DNA from: Sphagnum compactum
Taxonomy: Eukaryota
NCBI GenBank assembly: GCA_965153455.1
Contig: OZ234493.1
Coordinates: 26,092,213 to 26,156,212 of the forward strand
Direction: 5' to 3'
Length of the DNA: 64,000 bases
Shown here piece by piece: positions 51,578-64,000 of this stretch. Position 1 is the first letter of the stretch. Every line of letters begins with the position of its first letter. The notes below the pieces were generated by a model. That model had not been told where the DNA came from, did no database searches, and saw only the letters and a program-made list of their open reading frames with translations. The translations under genes were made by a program, and so were the position numbers.

Positions 51578-54500
51578 ATGCTCAAGTTTCTCAAGGGAGT
51601 GGTGGGATCAGGAGGTGGTATCAAGGATCTGCCTTATAACATCGGAGAGCCTTATTCCACTGCTTGGGGAGGATGGACACACTGCCGTGGTACTTCCAAG
51701 GTTTGTCTCTCATGCTGCAACTCTGGGTGGGTGCTGCTCCTAGCTTTTGAACTAATGAGGTTGTGTGTGTGTGTGTCCTTTTTTTGGGGGGGGGGATGTG
51801 GGTTTTCAGCTGCTGATGTCTAGTGTCCCAGGTCTTCCGCTCCTTGTTTCTATGATGCAAACTGATCCAGATTAGACTCAATGGAGATTTGGCTTGGTGT
51901 GGAGGGACACAGCAGCTGACAGTTTGATGAAGAAGATTTGTGTGCAATTCTTGGGTCTGTCATGGGATTAGGTTTTGTCTCCTGCCCTGGATTTGAGGCA
52001 TGCATGCTCAGAAAAAAGCTAGAGGGATTCTTCTGTTTTTTTTTGACCTAGGATCCAGGATTCCAGATTCTGCATTTGCTACCCTTGATTTGAAGCATAC
52101 ATGCTCAGAAAAAAACTAGAGGGATTCATCTGTTTTTTTTAAACCTAGGATCTGGGATTCCAGATTCTGCATTTTGTCTCCTACCCCTTGATTCAAGGCA
52201 TGCATGCTCAGAAAAACCTATATGGATTCATCTGTTTTTTTTGACCTAGGATCTGGGATTCTGGATTCTGCATTTTGCTGTGGCATCTGTTATGGTCCTC
52301 ACTGACTCACGATGATTGCATGCAATGAATGACAGGATGACAACTCTGCGGTCTCGATCTTTTCGTACGCAGGTTCAAATGCTCAAGATGGCCGCCTGGC
52401 TGCAGCTCGCAATGGAGCCAAGCGCCTCCGAGTTGTAAGCTATAATTGATTAGAAGAATTTTTTTCCCAAGCCCCCATCACTTCAAGAGTTACACTTAGT
52501 GTATGTTAGCATCAGATACCTACTCTAAACCAATCAATATTTGTTTGCAATAAAAATCCTTTCAGCTGTTCTGGTTGGGTTAAATACTTGCTTCACTGTT
52601 GCAAACCTCTTGTGACATGATAAGAAGCTCTGGTATGCATCCTCTCTATTTTCTGTAAAATAACTTGAGAGGGAGAGTTCTTCGCTGAGAGGCTATTGGC
52701 ATGGGCAGGTGCGGCATCCAAATGTGCTGGTATTTTTGCACAGCACGGAAGCAGAAATGGTGGAAGGTAGTGTGGTCAAACCCACAATTTACCTTGTCAC
52801 GGAGCCTGTTATGCCGCTGGCTGACAAAATCAAGGAGCTAGACTTGCAAGGCACACAGCGGTACCTTTTCCTCTCACTTTTTCTTTTGCTTGAGGAGATC
52901 ATCATGACACAGATTTGTGCAAGCAGTTTGTTCCCAATGACTTTTCTAGCATTTTGATGTGCCCATGGGATTGACTGTGAAAGAGGATATCTTGCAATAC
53001 AGGGATGAGTATTTTGCATGGGGCCTTCATCAGATTGCCAAGGCTGTCAGTTTCCTTAACAATGACTGCAAGCTGGTAATCTTTGATGTGCATTCATTCC
53101 CCCTGCTTTGAGGGTTTCTTATGGAAAAAGGATGTAGGGTGTGCTACAGATTTTTGACAGGCGCAAGTGGATGATGTAGGTCCATGGCAATGTGTGTCTG
53201 GCATCTGTGGTAGTGACTCCAACACTTGATTGGAAATTACATGGCCTTGATGTGCTCTCAGAGTTTGATGGCGGGAATCCTGCTGCCACAGGTCCTATGC
53301 TTGTAAGTTTGACCAATATCCGTTAGGTTTTCACATTCTGAATGCAGTCTGAATTAAGAAAAGTCTACTCCATGAGGCAAAATAGAAGGGAGTGATCTAA
53401 TCTAATCTTCTGTTACTGTGAAAAATGGGCTTGCATTGGTGATGAGTATGGAGATACTTCTCAATTCTCATGAGAGTTAATTCCTCCTGCAGCAATACGA
53501 CTGGCTGGTTGGGACACAATACAAGGCTCTGGAGTTGGGCAAGAGTGACTGGGCTACCATCCGCAAGTCTCCCCCATGGGCACTTGACTCTTGGGGTCTC
53601 GGTCGGTACTCTTCTTCCACCTCATGCTTTATGAGTTTTTTCTTAAGAATGCGCGTGTGTTTTAAAGATGTCATTCCACTGTTTCCTTCTGCCTCTGCTC
53701 AGAACAGAGGACACCGCTTTCCTTATAAGCAAGTGTGAGTCATTTGTGACAGAAAATAGATGTAGAGGTAACTCCTCCCTGTTGACCGGCATTTCCCTTT
53801 TGAGACCCTCATTACTACTGTCTGCATCTTGCTTGAGCAGGTTGTTTGATATATGAACTCTTCTCAAATAGCAAGCTGATGAAGACAGAAGAGCTGCGTA
53901 ACACATCATCTATCCCAAAGGTATTTTGGGTTGGGTTGTGCTGGGTTTGCACCTTTTGGACAGGGTTTTGAAATCATGTACTTGCTCTGAAGACAGTCTC
54001 GTAGAGTGATCTGGACTTGCATTTTACTGAGATTGTGGCTTTGGGTCCTTCCCAGACCTTGGTACCTGACTACCAGCGGCTTTTGGGTTCAGTCCCAGCG
54101 AAGAGGATGAATTCATTGAAGCTGATAGATAACAGTGGTGAGATCTCCAGGCATTCACCTCCCTGATTGAAAGACCAAAAAATGAAGCAGAACTCAAATC
54201 GGACTTTGTGGTTATTCTCACAGCTGTATGGAGCACTAATGTGAACTTGGACATCTGGGGAATATGTGCAGAATTTTTCCAGAATAAGCTTGTGGAGACA
54301 ATTCAGTTCATGGAGGTGTTGAACCTGAAAGACAGTATGGAGAAGGACACCTTCTTTCGCAAACTTCCGACCCTGGCAGAGCAGCTTCCTCGCCCTATTG
54401 TGACAAAGAAGGTACTGTCCCACGTCCTCCTTGTTTTATCATCTGCCAGGCCCAAAACAATCATATAAATTGCAGAGCTTTTGAACAAAGCTGTTGGTGA

Positions 54501-57500
54501 TGGTGAAGGAATGATCATCTCTCAAGCAGTGACTTGGTTACACAATCCTGAGAATGACATATCTTCACATACCATAACTTTGGTGTCAACAATTTGGGTA
54601 GCATTCTGCATTATGGGCATTCCTGAAACTTGCCTGAAAAACTTTGTGATCAATTTTGCCCATGTGGTTGTGTTCATCTTGCCATAGAGTGCGAACTGAG
54701 TTTTTGAACCTTTTTATGTTTTGCAGCTGCTGCCATTGCTGGCATCTGCACTGGAGTTTGGTTCAGCTGCAGCACCTGCTTTGAACCCATTACTGAAAAT
54801 GGGCTCCTGGTTGTCTCAAGATGAGTTCAATAGCAAGGCATGTTCTGTCAATTGCATTTCCTTCTTCTACTTGTTACCTCAAGCTAGGTGAACATCAATC
54901 GCAAAGTTTGGTCTTTTGATGTGTTTTTGGCTTTGGATGTTGATGCTCCAGATTTGATCATCAGATGTATTCCCTGCTTCAGGTTTTGCCAACTGTGATC
55001 AAACTGTTTGCATCAAGTGACCGTGCCATTCGAGTTGGACTATTGCAACATATTGAGAGTTTTGGTGGTGGTTTATCTACTCAAGTAGTTGATGAGCAGG
55101 TCAGCTATCCTACATATGTGCATCAGCATACCCGTGTGGCCTAATCTACATTTGGTTGTTCGGCAGTTGCAAATGTCATCTGCTAACAAGATGTGTGCTT
55201 GCATGGGTGTCAGGTTTTCCCACATGTTGCCACTGGATTTGCAGACACATCTGCTTTTCTACGAGAGCTAACACTCAAGTCGATGCTTGTAATTGCTCCC
55301 AAGGTCAGTGATGCAGGTGACAAATGAAAGCTAGAAAGCGAATTGTTGAGCAGTGATGCATGAGCTTTCATCTTCATTCTTGAAATAGGTGGTGGGGTGT
55401 TTTAGGTCTTCTTGCATTTCCAGTTGGTAAAATCCTTTGCCCTAGAAGTGTAGGCACTAACACATGTTTGTGTTTGGTGGGTGGTTGATTGTGCAGTTAT
55501 CTCAACGGACATTGACAGGCTCGCTTTTGAAGCATCTATCAAAGCTGCAGGTTTGTACCTCCTATTTTTGTCCATGTGCAAATGTGATACATGTATTTGC
55601 TGATGACCATAATATTAAACACTGCTCTCAAAGTTAGGTAACCAATCATGGGTTTGTCATTATCAGGTGGATGAGGAGCCAGCAATCCGCACAAACACCA
55701 CCATTTTGCTTGGCAACATTGCCAGCCATCTCAATGAAGCGGTGAGCTTATTTATGCGCCTTTGCTATGTCTCAACCTTGTTTAGATGGTAGAATGCCTA
55801 GCTTATTGCAGGAGGAGTTTGACAACACTTTGGATTTCTGCTTGCTTGCAGACAAGAAAAAGAGTGTTGATCAATGCATTTACTGTTCGAGCTTTGCGTG
55901 ATGGATTTGCCCCTGCCAGAGGAGCAGGTACAATATCCCCACTTAATCTTTTTGGTGGAGTCTTTTGTCAAAGGAATGTAGTAATGATACAGTTGGTAAC
56001 ATTGGCAACTGGAAGTTGCTCGCCTCATTGATGGCCTCCAAACACTAAGCCACATGGAGCTGCAAGAATGAAAAGGTTGTCATGAAGATTGTGCCGATTG
56101 TGTAAAGTTTCAAGCGCTGACTGATGGCTCCCTTACCAGGCATCATGGCCCTTATGGCAACCACTGAATACTACGATGCCACAGAAATTGCAACACGAAT
56201 ACTACCTCATCTTGTGGTGCTTACTGTTGATTCTGATAGGTACACTCACTCCAGTCCAATGAAGTACATGCAAAATGTTGATGCACTGCTATTTACTTAT
56301 TGGTGAAGGTTCTATCTTTTACTTTTACACTTCCATTCTTGGCATGTTTTGTGCACCCATTTGACAGTTATATAACTATGTGCATTTGACAGTGATGTGA
56401 GGACAAAAGCCTTTCAAGCAACAGAAGTCTTCCTGCAGGCAGTAAAGACCTACCATTCCAAGGTAATGAAACAGACCTTTCTTCTCAGTGAAACTCCACC
56501 ACGCGAGAGGTGTTTCTCAACTAGTCGTTACACTTTTGAGTTCTATGCCTTATGGGTTTAGGACAATGGTATGGTGGGTGTTACAGCTGAATGCTGGAGA
56601 CAGCAGTACGGTGTCTGCCACAGCAGTGACAGCAAGCACGACCACAGGATTGCTTGGGTGAGCTACACACTTGCTTCCTGGACAATATATTCTAGTCAGC
56701 ACACCTAACGATGGGTAAGGTCAATCTCTCTCTCACATGGGTATTTATTTTATCTTGTGTTGGACAGGTGGGCAGTAAATTCATTGGCACCAAAACAGAG
56801 GGTTGGAGATCATGTGACAGCTCCTTCTGAAAGTACCTCTGTAGCAAACAACACAGGTAATTCCTATAGTGTTTAGTGAGTACAGTCCAGCCTGCATTTT
56901 TGTTTTTTTGTTTCCTGTTCCTTCTCCTTCCCCTCTTGAGTGCAATGATGCTTAATGGCAGAACTGAATCACATGGCTCACTGCCTTTGGATAAACCTGC
57001 CAGTCTGAACCAAAAAGGCTTTCAAATTGTTTCACTAACATACTTTGTCCATCTCCTTGGGCAGCTTCAGCGGTGGAAGTGTCTGCACCTCTGCCAATTG
57101 CACCACTCTCAAACTCATTTCTCCATACAGACGAGGCGGCACCTGCATCTCCCACATCAACAGACGGGTGGGGGGATGCACAAGATAATGGATTTGCACA
57201 TGACAATGATGAGGATGAAAAGGATGGATGGGGTGATATGGATTTGCCACCAGATCCAGTACCTGCACTGGCACGCATTCGAGCTGCCCAGATGAAGCCA
57301 GTCACAACAACTACTACTGCCAAAATCACAACCAAGCCTGGTGTGTCTTCTCACCTTCACTGTAATTGCAGATGCAAGAATAAATAAACCCATGTTTTGA
57401 CATTTCTCTGGACATGCGTTTGTATCTGGGTCTTGAGATTTGGCAGTTTCTGTTAGGGCATATTGCACATTTAAGCTAATTTTGTTTTACTTCTTTGTAA

Positions 57501-58007
57501 GTTTACTATGATTCACCACTAAATCAGTTGCCACTTGACCTCTTTTTGGCTTCCTGAAATTATGCATTCTTGCTCACAGTCCTACATACAATGTGAAGCA
57601 TGACTTGAGATCTCAAAATTTCAAACTGCTAATTTGAAGTGATCATCTTGTTTGTTGAATCATGCTGCCACATTGTGGAAGGTGGGGAGAGGGTTCGGGA
57701 GAGCACAACAAAGACTTCTCTTGATGTTCGTGCGACCATGCCAAAGAGTTCATCTGCTGATGGTTGGGGAAATGAGGATGATCCTTGGGCTGCCATTGCT
57801 GCACCTCCACCTACTACCACTGTACGAGCTCTCAACAGCTCAGGAGGGTCAGCAGTGCCTAGAGCTACTACTGCTGGCAGTGGAGCTCCCAGAGTACGAC
57901 AAGCTCAACATGTGACGATTGATGGTGCTGGGAGTGGGAGAGGGCGAGGACGATCAGCAGCGCCCATGAAGCTTGGAGCCCAACGCATCCAGCGTAGTGC
58001 AGACTGA
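51578..58007 (+). CDS. SCYL1: SCY1-like (N-terminal kinase-like) pseudokinase with HEAT repeats, multi-exon
   Basis: MLKFLKGVVG..KDLPYNIGEPY, RHPNVLVFLHS, VHGNVCLASVVVT..DWKL, FFQNKLVETIQF, LASALEFGSA, VDEEPAIRTNTTILLG, C-terminal PMKLGAQRI. Confidence 0.93.
51978..52277. repeat. ~100 bp tandem repeat x3 in SCY1-like intron 1
   Basis: Repeated GCAT(G/A)CATGCTCAGAAAAA..GGATTC.TCTGTTTTTTT..ACCTAGGATC..GGATTC..GATTCTGCATTT. Confidence 0.88.
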
Positions 58008-58754
58008 GAACTCCCTTTGTATTTGTTCATGCATACAGAGCTTTTATTTATTTACAGTTGAGAACATTTTCATTATCACAATGTACACAATAAAATGTTA
58101 TGCTCAAATCACCTTGGTTGCCATCTAGTTCACTAGGATCAGTCAAGACCCAATGGCCAAAATCACTGCAGTAGATGAAAGGTGACTAAAGAAAAAGTTG
58201 GCTGGGTTGCAACACTCAAGCCAAGGATCTCTCATATTAGCTGCTACTCAACCTCAGCTTGGTTGCTGCAGTCGTATAAGATATCCACATCAATGTTAAG
58301 AATGTACCATTTTTTTGTTGCTGGATCCTGCAGTTGATGTACGACTTGGACTATGAATGGTGAAAGGATTTGTGGGGTGTTTTATTGGGGCCAAACATGA
58401 ATTGATGGCAAATCTCCTGTTGTCTTCTGCATCTTGCAGGTACTGTATTCCTTGCAGATATTATTATAGAAGGACACAACATCCTCTCCAATTTGTCAGT
58501 GTTGTTCACCAGGGTATAAACTTAGAAAGACTGAAAAATGGCAGTTCTGCAAATGGTGGATATATGTAATGGAGATGAGATCCATGACCTGTTAAATTAC
58601 AGAGGGAAGGAGAGCTACAATTCTTTAGCCATCTGTACACAAAATCCAGATCCTTTTGCCTTTACTAATGGGCTTAAGGATTACCACTACTACAATGCAA
58701 CTGTGGCAAAGCTTTTTGTTCCATAACAGGAGTGAGAATCATGAGGGTCTTGTT

Positions 58755-61700
58755 TTATGTAGGGAGAGAGGAGGATTGCAGCAGGGGCTCATCGCCTGCA
58801 ACCATAGTAACAATGACCCAAAACATGAGAAGACCCACAATAATGGTGCGCAGCATTGCTGTGTATGTTGCAAAGGAGGGTGGTGGTTCAATGAGAGGAT
58901 TCTCTTCAGAACCTTTGTCTTCCTCCTCTGCCTCCCCTTCCTCCACCTGCTTGAGCTGTTGTTGCTGTTGAGACCTAGGCCTCCTGTGTGCCACAGATGA
59001 AGAAGAAGATGTGCTGGCTTCTCCTGATTCTTTTTTTGTGCACACTTGTTCTTTACAAGAGGTGCAAGTACAGCATCCACCCAAATAGGAAGGGACTTTT
59101 TCCCGGCCTCCCATATACTTCACCAGCTTTCCTGTATAATTCTCACCTTCCATGTGCACTTTCTCCAGTGTTGATGGTTCCAGTACCTGCTTGTAAAGCC
59201 AACCCCAGAAAATTGTTTCTGCTTTTTCATACATGCTACATTGTTTGTCACAGACAAAAACCACATCTTCTTCACCTCCACAGGCTTGATTGGATACCAC
59301 TCAAGAAACCATGTAGAGATCGATCAACTTGGCATGGTAAACCTGTGAGCAGATTCCCTCTACAACTTGTGCACAGTTTGAATGGAACTTGAGCATGAAA
59401 ATGCGAAGCAATGGCTACTGTTTCTGGTCATGACAATGGACAGATACCAGGATTAAATAACAAAGAGGATAGATAGATAAATGGATCATTGCAGAGTGGG
59501 GGCAAACCAACCTCCATGATGTCGTTTGCAAGCTGATGCAAAACAGGGTGGAGATTGATCAAAAAGAGAGATGCAAGTCGCATAGGGAAGTGGTCTTGGA
59601 CCAGTACACAGCAGCACTTTGTCATATGCAAAGGAAAACCCACGTGTGATACACCCTCACAGTCCATTATGACTGTGAGGCGAGCATCATCTTCTTTGGT
59701 CATGTTCAGCACCCCATACTCCACCTGCGACACTGCTCCCCCCACCCCACTTCTCTTTTCCTTTCATTCTAGCAGAGACACAAAGCTTCTTCATCTTTGG
59801 TTCCAACCAACTTGCAAAGTCCACTTGCAAAAAGAATTGCTTGCAAAATTGCAATCTGATTTTGCAAACGGGGAGTGGAACAACAGCAATAACACAACCA
59901 TCAAGGGACTAAATCTCTTCAGCCAAAATTACACAAAAAGGAACCAACAACACAATTTGTGAAGATGAAGAGAAGGTACAAAGGAATATGAAAAATTTGC
60001 ATACCGACTGCTTGTGAGAATCGAGGACGCTCAGAAGGTGTGAGGATGGAGAACGCAAGTCCAAGTCGAACGATTAGTGTAGGGTAACCCAGTGTGTCAT
60101 GATGGTGCCAAAAGACAAGGTGTGTCCAGGGCTTCAGGTCAGCTTGAGAGAGGAAGTAGTATCGCTCACGCCACCTTACTGTTTTCTTCACTCGCGCAAC
60201 AAAGCTTGACACATCTCCAGCTGTTGCTAACCTAAACCTGTCAATCTCTTCATTGTCCATCCTGCCCAGCCCATTTTGTTTCCCCCTTCATCACTCTTCT
60301 CACCACTGCACTATGACAACCTACCTACCATCTCTGGGGCATCAAGTGAGGACATTTAGATTTCCACATGCAGGCATATGGCTAGAGAAATGTGCCTGCC
60401 CCAGGGGCACATTCCGATTTCTGCCTACTTGACATATAACTAGAGAAATGTGCCTGCCCCCAGGGCAATTCTGCCTTCTACCACTAGAGAACAGTCAGTA
60501 GCCTGAGCTCGACAAACTAGGTGACATATGACTGAGACTTTAACAGATGATTCTTGCACTCTAGGGGCACATTCCCTGGCATAAAGGACGATAGGTAGGT
60601 GTGAAATATCCAGTAGAGGTAGGTAGGTAGTGAGAAGATTGGCAGTGGGTGGTGGGTTTAGGAAATGACTGAATGACTCACCACTACAGATTCTGCCATT
60701 TAAGACACCTAAAACAAACTTCCAGAATCAATCACTACCTATCATCCTTTTAATGCCAGATCAGCCACCACTGCTGATTCTGCCATTTACACCAACGGAA
60801 AACCTGCAGAATCACTACCTATCACTCTTTTAGACCTGACTCTTTACAATGCTACTTTTCACCTATCCTGGAAGAAATGATTTTTATCACTTCTATTGCG
60901 TGTGATATTAAGTGTAGGGTAAAGCCCAAGGGGGTGGGTTTTATGGGAATAGGGACCCCACAAGGCAGAGCTGAGTGCGGGCTCCATTCCTGTAAAGCCT
61001 GCCTCTAAGGGCTTTACATGGTGTAAAAACTGATGCAGTTTTTTCCTTGTGATACTCAGCAGTTACCTGCTGAATACCCACCAGGTATCATGGGGAAAAA
61101 ATGACAGTGGGCATTACCTTTTTCAAAATGCCTGCCGGCATATTACACTCTGTAAGGCTACCTGCAACAACACTAAAATAAGCACGCTGGTTCTTAAATG
61201 TATATCCATTATACAAACATTATAATATCAACTGTATAGACTATTTTGACCTACTTTTGGGGTTCAGCTCTCAATACCTACCTTTCTGGGAGTTCAATTC
61301 CTTCAGCATCCAGAGCCTGCAACAAGAAGTCGAGAGAAGGATAGTTGGCAGCCAAGTCTTGCGCGTTCAGTTTGTTGCTGTTTGTGTCACCTTCACCACC
61401 CACAGGCTCCGATAGAGAAAGAATGCGGCGTAAGACCACTGACGAGTCCTCTTGTTGTAAGTCATGATAAGCATTTGTGAGAGCTGTTGCCATCGACAAA
61501 CAAATCATGGGCTTTGAGAAACTCTGACAAAAGGAAACAGACCAAAAAAAAAGAAGAAGCTTTTGTTAGAAAAATGAATGACAAGTCCAAAGAGGAAAAT
61601 TACACATGATTGATTTCCGCTCCATATTCAAAAATCATTCATTGGATCCATGGACTATATTTATGGTCAATTCATTTTAATGTACAACTAGTATACATAG

Positions 61701-63801
61701 CCTGTTTCTGAGGGATGGATCTGATGCCAGCCAGATATTTCTGCATAGAACTGATGATGCAGAAACTTGTTTCTCCATAACAGCTACAGTTTTCCAGAAT
61801 TATTATTCAGCTATTAAAACTACATGGAAATACTTTCCTCCAGGCTCTAAACTATGACCAAAAAGAGTCAAGGCTTAGGGTTGAGAATCAGAAATAAACC
61901 CTAAAGCCTTTCTATACACTACCCATCCTGGCAATCAACAGTACCCAATAAAAATTAACAAGTTTCTTTTCATAAATACAGAGGGAGAATAATCCCATAC
62001 TTAATTTAAACTTATGGAATGAAACTTATGGAATGAAAGTCTTTTATGCAGTCAACCAGGAAAGAAAGGACTTGAGAGATGGCCTGCTAATAATAATATA
62101 ATAAGGCTATGAGATATTTCATATCTGATAACATAACACAAAACAATCACCAAACCTGAAAATCCAACCCTAAAGAAAAGAGAGTAAACACAACCCAAGA
62201 ACAAGAAAATGAAGAGTGGTTTGAAATACAATGACAAATCCATTCGAATGTACAGGGACATTCATCAGCAACATGTAAGTACAAGAGAAGGGTCTATATT
62301 TAAACCCTTCCACAATTTGAGGCACCTGTCATGAGGTTGGTAGGCTGAGTGCAGACTGCCAAAAATTGCAGAAGGGCCTAAACATAGATCCTTCCTCTGC
62401 ATTAAGAACCTTCACATTTTTTTGTGTTGACTCACTTTAAATGTGAAAGAAGTAACGATAAAGATAAAAAAGAGGTACCTTCCAAATTATGGAAGGTACT
62501 CCGACAGGCTGGCATGGGATCTTCTAGGAGGTGGAAAGCCCCTTGCCCCAGATTCAGTCCTAAAATGATCCTCAGAATTCACTAGAAAAAAATTGATGGT
62601 TCTTTATGGTATTGACCATGTACCATGAAGATATCATCAGCTCCTAGCAATGGTTGGAAGTTAATGTCAAATGTATTAACCAATGTATTGAGTTTCTGTC
62701 ACAAGACTGGCAATAACAGGAAACCTCAGCCATGATGCTGGCTTACCTCAACAAGAACTAACAACCTAAAAGAGAAGGGGAACAACAACGAAAAAAACCA
62801 AAGAAAGAGGAATGCTAAGAGAATAAGAAGAAGTAGTAGCTGCATAAAAGAATCTAGGCTTCATCAGGATATTCATGGAACTTCCAAGCCACACAAAGAA
62901 AAGGAAAACAAGGGGCCACACTTCTGTTTTAAAACTCGTAGCATCGAAAGAAACTATGAATACTTAAAACCTTGAGATTTTTGACAAACTAGAACAAGTG
63001 CATTTTTGACATTCTGAAAACTTCTTGAACAGCAGAAGGGCACAACTACAGTTGATTCTTAACAATTTGGAAGTAGGCATTAGTCCTGAAGAAATTCCAG
63101 GAAATTTCAACAATACAGCAACTACTACTATCTATCATAATGACCTATGAGAGATTTCCCAACGTATTTAGAGGGTGTCTTAAATCCATAACATTCCCTC
63201 CTGACAAAGGAGGTCATCTTACGTTTCTGGGTTGGCTCTTACATTTTTGCAAGTGCCTGCCATTTTTCTTTGTGTGATGAGTAGGATCTGGCCACTAGAT
63301 TTGGAAAAAAACCTCTGACAGGTCATTACACACAGTAAGGCCCTTGAACAGGCATGTTACCAGAATTCAAAGCCTGCCCACACCTTATTCTGGTAATGCC
63401 CCTGTCTGCGGCCCTTACCTACCACTAAACATACAGTAACAACACCTGGTGAACAATCCTCAAAATGTGGGACAGAATGAAAACTACCCATCATTTCCAT
63501 AGTGTCTCTCTCTCCCTTGCTTACAGGCAGAGCTAAGAAATTGGCAATGGGGCAAAAATGATGGTAAGCAAAGGTACCTGGGTTGCTTGGGCAAGAAATC
63601 TGAAAGGAGCCCACCGCTGCAACCAGTTGAAAGGAGGAGCTTGGAAGATGGACAACCATTGCAAGCTCCACCAAATGGGCCGACACTTAGCTTGTGATGC
63701 TCGTCGCAATGCTTCCAATGCTGACACTTTGATCAAGAACACGAACAACTTCCCTGTTGCAACCTTAACCCCTCTTCTTCTCATTGTTGTTGTTGTTCTT
63801 G

Positions 63802-63832
<31 letters not shown>

Positions 63833-63946
63833 TGTCACATTTGGAGATGCATCCGAAACTGATGATGGTTTCTTTCCCATTCTTGTAATCCTAATTTTGG
63901 CTGCTTCTTGCTGCTTCTCTTCTTCTTCCATTTCCATCTGCTGCAT
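58755..63946 (-). CDS. Sec14/CRAL-TRIO domain protein with C-terminal TM segment; exons ~63578-63946, 61282-61524, 60006-60261, 59512-59732, 58755-59186
   Basis: LIKVSALEALRR..PPFNWLQRWAPF, GIELPER, EEIDRF..KKTVRWRE..LVFWH..PTLIVRLG, VIMDCEG..LVQDHFPMRL..LFLINL, VPSYLGGCCTC. Confidence 0.88.
60917..61019. mobile_element. Hairpin MITE-like element with GGGTAAAGCCC terminus in a Sec14-gene intron
   Basis: GTAAAGCCC..GGGAAT..CCC / GGG..ATTCC..GGGCTTTAC imperfect ~39 bp stem. Confidence 0.55.
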
Positions 63947-64000
63947 TGCTGTGCCCGTTTTGTCCCACTGCACACACTTGCTTGATTGCTTGTTGTGTTG

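Noticed and set aside
63533-63973. ORF track lists the 146 aa ORF on the + strand
   Set aside because: The peptide QWDKTGTAMQQMEMEEEEK reads from the reverse complement; it is exon 1 of the minus-strand Sec14-like gene.

Overview
Eukaryotic nuclear DNA, most likely from a moss. Evidence: GT-AG spliceosomal introns, telobox promoters and captured plastid chlB/chlL/chlN pieces; Sphagnum-like is my inference. Nine genes are recognisable: MTA/SAH nucleosidase (3' part), ALMT transporter, chloroplast CPN10, EXO84, crooked-neck/CLF1, a short FRG1-like protein, OST3/6, SCY1-like pseudokinase and a Sec14/CRAL-TRIO protein. The outstanding feature is a ~9.6 kb patchwork (about 9,149-18,800) of tiny, shuffled chloroplast-DNA pieces, mostly 30-200 bp. 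I recognised 38 pieces by eye, in both orientations, from across the plastome, with a 5'-truncated LINE inside. The 41-50 kb interval holds decayed transposons: Harbinger, a CRE-like RT split by a CACTA-like element with TTA duplication, and hAT. Several introns and promoters carry short tandem arrays and hairpin MITEs. All identifications come from recalled conserved motifs, with no database search. Exon and fragment boundaries are approximate to a few bases.
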